DNA from: Bacillus subtilis subsp. subtilis str. 168
GTDB taxonomy: Bacteria; Bacillota; Bacilli; Bacillales; Bacillaceae
Reading direction: 5' to 3'
Length of the DNA: 32,000 bases
NCBI RefSeq assembly: GCF_000009045.1
Contig: NC_000964.3
Coordinates: 1,830,001 to 1,862,000, forward strand
Position 1 is the stretch's first letter. Each line of letters begins with the position of its first letter. This document shows positions 30,449 to 32,000 of the stretch, one piece after another. The notes under the pieces were generated by a model, which worked only from the letters and a program-made list of their open reading frames with translations, searched no databases and had not been told where the DNA came from. The position numbers were made by a program, and so were the translations under genes.

Positions 30449-31291
30449 TTATGTATGAAACAGTTCGCTGTTGAGTGCCTTGATATAGCGTACGGCAGAA
30501 CGCTGGACCGATTCGTCGGCATTTTCTTTGACAACTTTAGAGAAAGCATTGTAAAGCCGGTTGAATTGAAGCGGTTTTACTTTGGCTGCTATTTCTTCAA
30601 CTTTGGAGGCGGGAAGGGGAATGAGATTTGGGTAGCTGTACATAAAGCTGACCCAGTTTCGATCCGCCGCAACCGTAATGATATCTCCGGTCAATAGACA
30701 GCCTTTCCCTTCATTGCCCTTGCTCCAATGCAAAACAGCACCGCCTTTAAAATGTCCGCCCAGTCGGTAAAGGTCCAGTCCCGGCTTCATATTGAGCGTT
30801 TCCCCTGACCAGAAGTGAATGTGATTGCTTGGCCTTGTCACCCATTCTTTATCATCCTCATGGATATAGATCGGCGCCTGAAACGCTTCAGCCCACTCAA
30901 CCTGAGTAGAGTAATAATGTGGATGAGACAAGGCGATGGCTTGAATACCGCCTAATTCGTTGATTTGGTCAATTGTCTTTTGGTCAAGATATGTCATGCA
31001 ATCCCACAGCACATTGAAGCCCTTATGCTGAATAAGATGGGCTGTTTGTCCAATCGCAAACTCTGGTTCAGTTTTGATGCTGTAAAGATGCTCTTCTTCC
31101 TTTTTAAGGATGTTTTGAAGGTTTCCTTTCTCACGCATGTCTTCAAGGGTTGTCCAAGTTTGTCCATCGGGATGAATATACTGTCTTTCATCCTCGCAAA
31201 TCAGACACGAGTTGGGCGGATCTACAGTCTGTGCATGTTGCACACCGCATGTATTGCAGATATAATATGGCACTTTCTTCACTTCCTTCAT
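30449..31291 (-). CDS. ymaE: Metallo-beta-lactamase-fold protein with N-terminal CxxC...CxxC ribbon
   Basis: 280-codon ORF. It has CNTC...CLIC at aa 12-32, SHPHYY where the MBL HxHxDH motif would be, then GGHFKGG and LLTGD motifs. The ATG at 31291 has only a weak SD. A GTG at 31273 preceded by AAGGAAG is an alternative start. Confidence 0.8.
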   Translation of the reverse strand: MKEVKKVPYYICNTCGVQHAQTVDPPNSCLICEDERQYIHPDGQTWTTLEDMREKGNLQNILKKEEEHLYSIKTEPEFAIGQTAHLIQHKGFNVLWDCMTYLDQKTIDQINELGGIQAIALSHPHYYSTQVEWAEAFQAPIYIHEDDKEWVTRPSNHIHFWSGETLNMKPGLDLYRLGGHFKGGAVLHWSKGNEGKGCLLTGDIITVAADRNWVSFMYSYPNLIPLPASKVEEIAAKVKPLQFNRLYNAFSKVVKENADESVQRSAVRYIKALNSELFHT

Positions 31292-31303
31292 CTATTTTCC
31301 ATT

Positions 31304-31331
31304 ATTTTACCTTATGATTATGAATATTCAA
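31304..31331 (-). promoter_or_regulatory. Candidate sigmaA-type promoter for ymaE
   Basis: On the minus strand, TTGAAT (31326-31331), a 16 nt spacer, then TAAAAT (31304-31309), immediately after the aprX terminator. It would leave almost no leader before the ATG at 31291. Confidence 0.3.
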
Positions 31332-31334
31332 ACG

Positions 31335-31370
31335 AAAAAACCGGCAGTTCTGCTGAGAGAGAATTGCCGG
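31335..31370 (-). terminator. Rho-independent terminator of aprX
   Basis: On the minus strand, CCGGCAATTCT / AGAACTGCCGG form an 11-bp stem with one mismatch (31341-31351 with 31360-31370). A TTTTTT run follows (31335-31340), starting 14 nt after the aprX stop. Confidence 0.8.
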
Positions 31371-31383
31371 CTTTTGATGATGT

Positions 31384-32000
31384 TTATTGGCCGGGAACGG
31401 AATTTTCTGCGTTGACAGCGCCCGCTCCGTAGATATTCGGATCTTCATCTTTCCATTTGTCCGTGCCGTTTTTCAAAAGCTCTTTTACTTCATCAGGGGT
31501 AAGATCCGGGTTTTGCTGAAGAATTAAAGCTGCGATTCCTGCGCAAATCGGTGTTGCCATCGAGGTTCCTGACATTGTAAAGTACTGAGACCCTACACGG
31601 CTTGACTTTTGGAGCTTATCAATATAAGAATTCGGAGAGCGAAGGGAAATAATATTAACACCCGGCGCTAAAATATCGGGCTTTTCTTTCCCGTATACTG
31701 TCGGGCCGCGGCTTGAGAAGGAAGCGACAGTATCATCATCGCTGCTTGCAGTATTGTTATCGTCAAGCGCACCTACTGTAATCACCTTTTCGCTCACGCC
31801 CGGGCTTGCAATGGTCTGCGAATCAGGGCCTGAGTTTCCGGCAGCGACACAGACGACAATCCCTGCGCTCCACGCTTCCTCAACCGCTCTGACTAACGGA
31901 TCTTCCTGTTCATGATCATATCTAAGGGCATCGCCCCCGAGCGACATGCTCATAATATCAATCGGTTCATCGGGGTTGTCCTCATTGTATTGAATACACC
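31384..32000 (-). CDS. aprX: Subtilisin-family (S8) serine protease AprX, C-terminal part (5' end beyond window)
   Basis: The minus-strand frame stays open past the ORF-track Met at 31953 to the window edge (..CIQYNEDNPDEPIDIMSMSLGGD..). It contains the S8 catalytic serine motif SGTSMATP and the AAGNSGP oxyanion region. Stop at 31384. Confidence 0.88.
   Translation of the reverse strand, partial: CIQYNEDNPDEPIDIMSMSLGGDALRYDHEQEDPLVRAVEEAWSAGIVVCVAAGNSGPDSQTIASPGVSEKVITVGALDDNNTASSDDDTVASFSSRGPTVYGKEKPDILAPGVNIISLRSPNSYIDKLQKSSRVGSQYFTMSGTSMATPICAGIAALILQQNPDLTPDEVKELLKNGTDKWKDEDPNIYGAGAVNAENSVPGQ

Noticed and set aside
30965-31432. 155-aa plus-strand ORF. Other plus-strand ORFs occur at 30410-30697, 29962-30156 and 28738-29091.
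   Set aside because: All are antisense to better-supported minus-strand genes with family motifs (ymaE, ymzB, pksS). The 30965-31432 ORF also runs through the aprX terminator.

Overview
This window is the 3' end of the Bacillus subtilis-group pksX (bacillaene) trans-AT PKS/NRPS locus plus three flanking genes. About 89% of it is three co-directional megasynthase genes on the + strand. These are the last 1446 codons of pksM (1-4341, open at the window start), pksN (4331-20875, 5514 codons, overlapping the pksM stop by 11 nt) and pksR (20890-28521, 2543 codons). Domain order read from motifs: pksM ..KS-linker tail, KR, ACP, KS, ACP; pksN C-A-PCP, KS-DH-KR-ACP, KS-DH-KR-ACP, KS-DH-KR; pksR MT-ACP, KS0-(DH-like)-ACP, KS-ACP-TE. 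No acyltransferase domain occurs anywhere, so the architecture is trans-AT. A hairpin at 28530-28560 separates pksR from the convergent cytochrome P450 gene pksS (28566-29783, minus). Downstream on the minus strand are ymzB (small acidic protein), ymaE (metallo-beta-lactamase fold with an N-terminal Cys4 ribbon) and the 3' part of the subtilisin-family protease gene aprX, which runs off the window end. The only intergenic spaces are 28522-28565, 29784-30013, 30371-30448 and 31292-31383. I found no rRNA, tRNA, CRISPR array, transposase, integrase or phage gene. I see no convincing evidence for an undescribed system. The points worth a second look are details of a known assembly line and the uncharacterised ymzB-ymaE pair. 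They include the pksN start site, a roughly 4.5 kb tandem module duplication, a KS0 plus Asp-less DH-like pair, and two KS domains with intact catalytic residues that sit where no elongation seems needed. Gene names come from recollection of B. subtilis gene order and protein sequences, and domain boundaries are approximate (about +/-60 nt).
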